This document shows positions 62,253 through 64,000 of a stretch of 64,000 nucleotides of DNA, piece after piece; within the stretch, counting starts at the first letter, position 1; each line of letters starts with the position of its first letter. The stretch is from Terriglobia bacterium (GTDB lineage: Bacteria > Acidobacteriota > Terriglobia > 2-12-FULL-54-10): positions 2,144,001 to 2,208,000 of the forward strand of contig CAXVYR010000004.1 of NCBI GenBank assembly GCA_963666975.2, given 5' to 3'. Under the pieces are notes generated by a model. The model had not been told where the DNA came from. It made no database searches and saw only the letters and a list, made by a program, of their open reading frames with translations. A program made the translations under genes and the position numbers.

Positions 62253-62678
62253 ATGAGCGACCAAACCAATCCGCAATTGCATCGCACTCTGGGAGCCATC
62301 GTGGAGCATGCGGGAACGCTCCGCGAGGTGCCAAAAGCTGACTTGAGTCCCGGAGACTGGGTGGAGGTGACCACTCTCAACTCCACCTACTCGATCCGCG
62401 TGCTGGAAGACGGTTTCTATTCCGTCTCGGGCGGGTGGTTTGACCGCGAAGGTTTGTCGCCATTCAGAACGACCATTACCGGCTGTAGCTGGGGCGGCAG
62501 CGCCATCAAACTGGACATTGTGGCGGCTTGCGGCCTGCATCTGGAGTTCGGCAACCGTGTGGTGACCAGCCCCATCCGGAAAGTTTACGTCATGCGATTT
62601 AGCGAGCAAGCACCGGCGCGAATGAACGTGGTGATGAATTGGTTTGATGCGCCGAATCACCACCGCCCTGGCGAATAA
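62253..62678 (+). CDS. Hypothetical protein
   Basis: Intact 141-aa ORF with host-like codon usage; V.T.NSTY, GGWF, GC.WGGS, LEFGN.V.TS. Confidence 0.75.
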   Translation: MSDQTNPQLHRTLGAIVEHAGTLREVPKADLSPGDWVEVTTLNSTYSIRVLEDGFYSVSGGWFDREGLSPFRTTITGCSWGGSAIKLDIVAACGLHLEFGNRVVTSPIRKVYVMRFSEQAPARMNVVMNWFDAPNHHRPGE

Positions 62679-62779
62679 AGCAATAAAGAAATGCTCCGCA
62701 AGACGCTCTTCCGAATCCAAACTAATAACTACAGCATTTTACGGATTGATGTATAGGGGTTCGTCAGGGCACGGCTACA

Positions 62780-64000
62780 GAGTCTGTGTGAAAACGCGGT
62801 TTCATTTGCTACGTATCATCGGTGATAGGAGATCAGCGGATGAATCTGCGTTATTCGATCGTTCCGAACTTTCTGGTCAGGGCTTCCGGTTGCTTACCCC
62901 GCCCGGTCCAGGGTTGGTTTCGTGCGCCACAGCCGGGTGAGGTTGAAGGCGATGGTGGCCAGAGCCAACTCCACCGCGACCTTCGCCAAGCCCCGACGCC
63001 GGAACTGTCGCATTCCACGTTGTTCTTTCAGGACTCCGAAGACCGGTTCCACGATTGCTTTGCGCCGCTGATAAATGGCGCGCCCGTCCGGGTCTCGCAA
63101 TTTCTGCCGCATCCGCCGGTGCTCGGGATGCCGCACCGGTGCGGCTCCCACCACACGCTGGCCTCGGTTCAGTTCCCGTGCCAGATTCGAATCCGGAACA
63201 TACGCATCCATGCCGTCCCGGGCCAGTTTCCCGATGGCCTTCACCTGAAAGAAGCCGCTGTCGGCGCTGAGCTTCTGGGGGCGTTCCGCGCAGCGTTGTT
63301 CGACCGCCTCGACTACCGGGACCAGCGAACGGTGGTCGGTGGCATTCCGGGTGACGCGCTGTTCCACGATGAGGTGATCCTCACTGACGGCGAGGTCCGC
63401 CGTGTAGCCCAGCGTGAATCCCTTCCGGGTGCGCCAGAATCGGCTGTCGGGATCGATTTGCGACCGGCGCTTCAGGCCGCTTTTGCTCAACCGCTCCAGT
63501 CGGCGCGGGATTTCCTTCAGCCGCTTTTCCAGCGCCGCCATCTGTTCGGCGCTCAGTTGCTGGCCAGCCGCTTCCTCGGAGGTCTGGGCGTCACACTGTT
63601 TTTGCCAGCGGCGAATCCGTCGCCGCATCTTGGCCCGCTGGGCTCGCAACTGGGCGACCGTCTCCACTCGATCCCGCGAGGCATTGGCCGCCACCCGCGT
63701 TGAATCAATCGCCACGTGCCCCAGCCGACCCATCCCGAGCGAACGCGCCAACTCCACCCCCTGCGTGAACAGATCGTTCAGCGCCCGGGCATGCCGCGTC
63801 CGAAACTGGTTGAGGGTCCGGAAATCCGGCGGGGCCCCACCCGCCAGGTACCGGAAGGCCAAATCCTCCCGCACCCGTTGCTCCAGCCGCCGCGCCGACG
63901 TGATGTCCAGCGCGTAGGCATACAGCCACACCTTCAGCAGCAGCGCCGGGTGAGAGGCTGGGCGGCCTTGCTCGACCTATCCTTGCTCGAACGCCTCCAG
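62780..64000 (-). mobile_element. IS1182-family element, truncated by window edge; transposase has in-frame TAG at 63979-63977
   Basis: GRP..HP.LLLKVWLYAY, S.RRLE, PDFRTL..FR, AIDST...ANAS, ADSGF, RK..VEPVFG..K; end AGAGTCTGTGTGAAAAC. Confidence 0.93.

Noticed and set aside
1-64000. Genome-wide UGA reassignment (code 4/25) to explain four in-frame TGAs
   Set aside because: TGA is the normal stop of uvrA, greA, soxC, soxD and the dehydrogenase, and TGG is used freely for Trp; recoding must be site-specific or mutational

Overview
GC-rich bacterial window, most likely Acidobacteriota (Oar-like TonB receptor, acidobacterial VWA protein, bshC, kinase/PD40 tail). The left ~25 kb is an accessory catabolic/periplasmic region: three secreted YtcJ-like amidohydrolases, a Leu/Phe/Val dehydrogenase, a DHDPS-like aldolase, SoxCD-like Mo enzyme, a gentisate dioxygenase-like cupin, a TonB receptor, a ferritin-like protein, a DASS transporter and UbiD. 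The rest is mostly housekeeping (mtnA, uvrA, greA, bshC, carAB, lepB, nth, pnp, rpsO), interrupted by three hicAB loci, IS256, IS1182 and many REP/MITE-like repeats. Main finding: two paralogous beta-propeller genes, each split in the ORF track, carry an in-frame TGA at the same position (VPN*VAHPQ). In both, the TGA is followed at the same distance by a conserved, co-varying hairpin resembling a bacterial SECIS, so they are candidate ~743-aa exported selenoproteins. Other findings: a ~24-bp unit nested inside itself and inside other REPs, IS1182 ends abutting a REP centre, an attC-like site, a possible solo-Cas1 tail and a RAYT remnant, and two more in-frame TGAs at probable Trp positions. 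All family assignments come from motif recognition; no searches were run.
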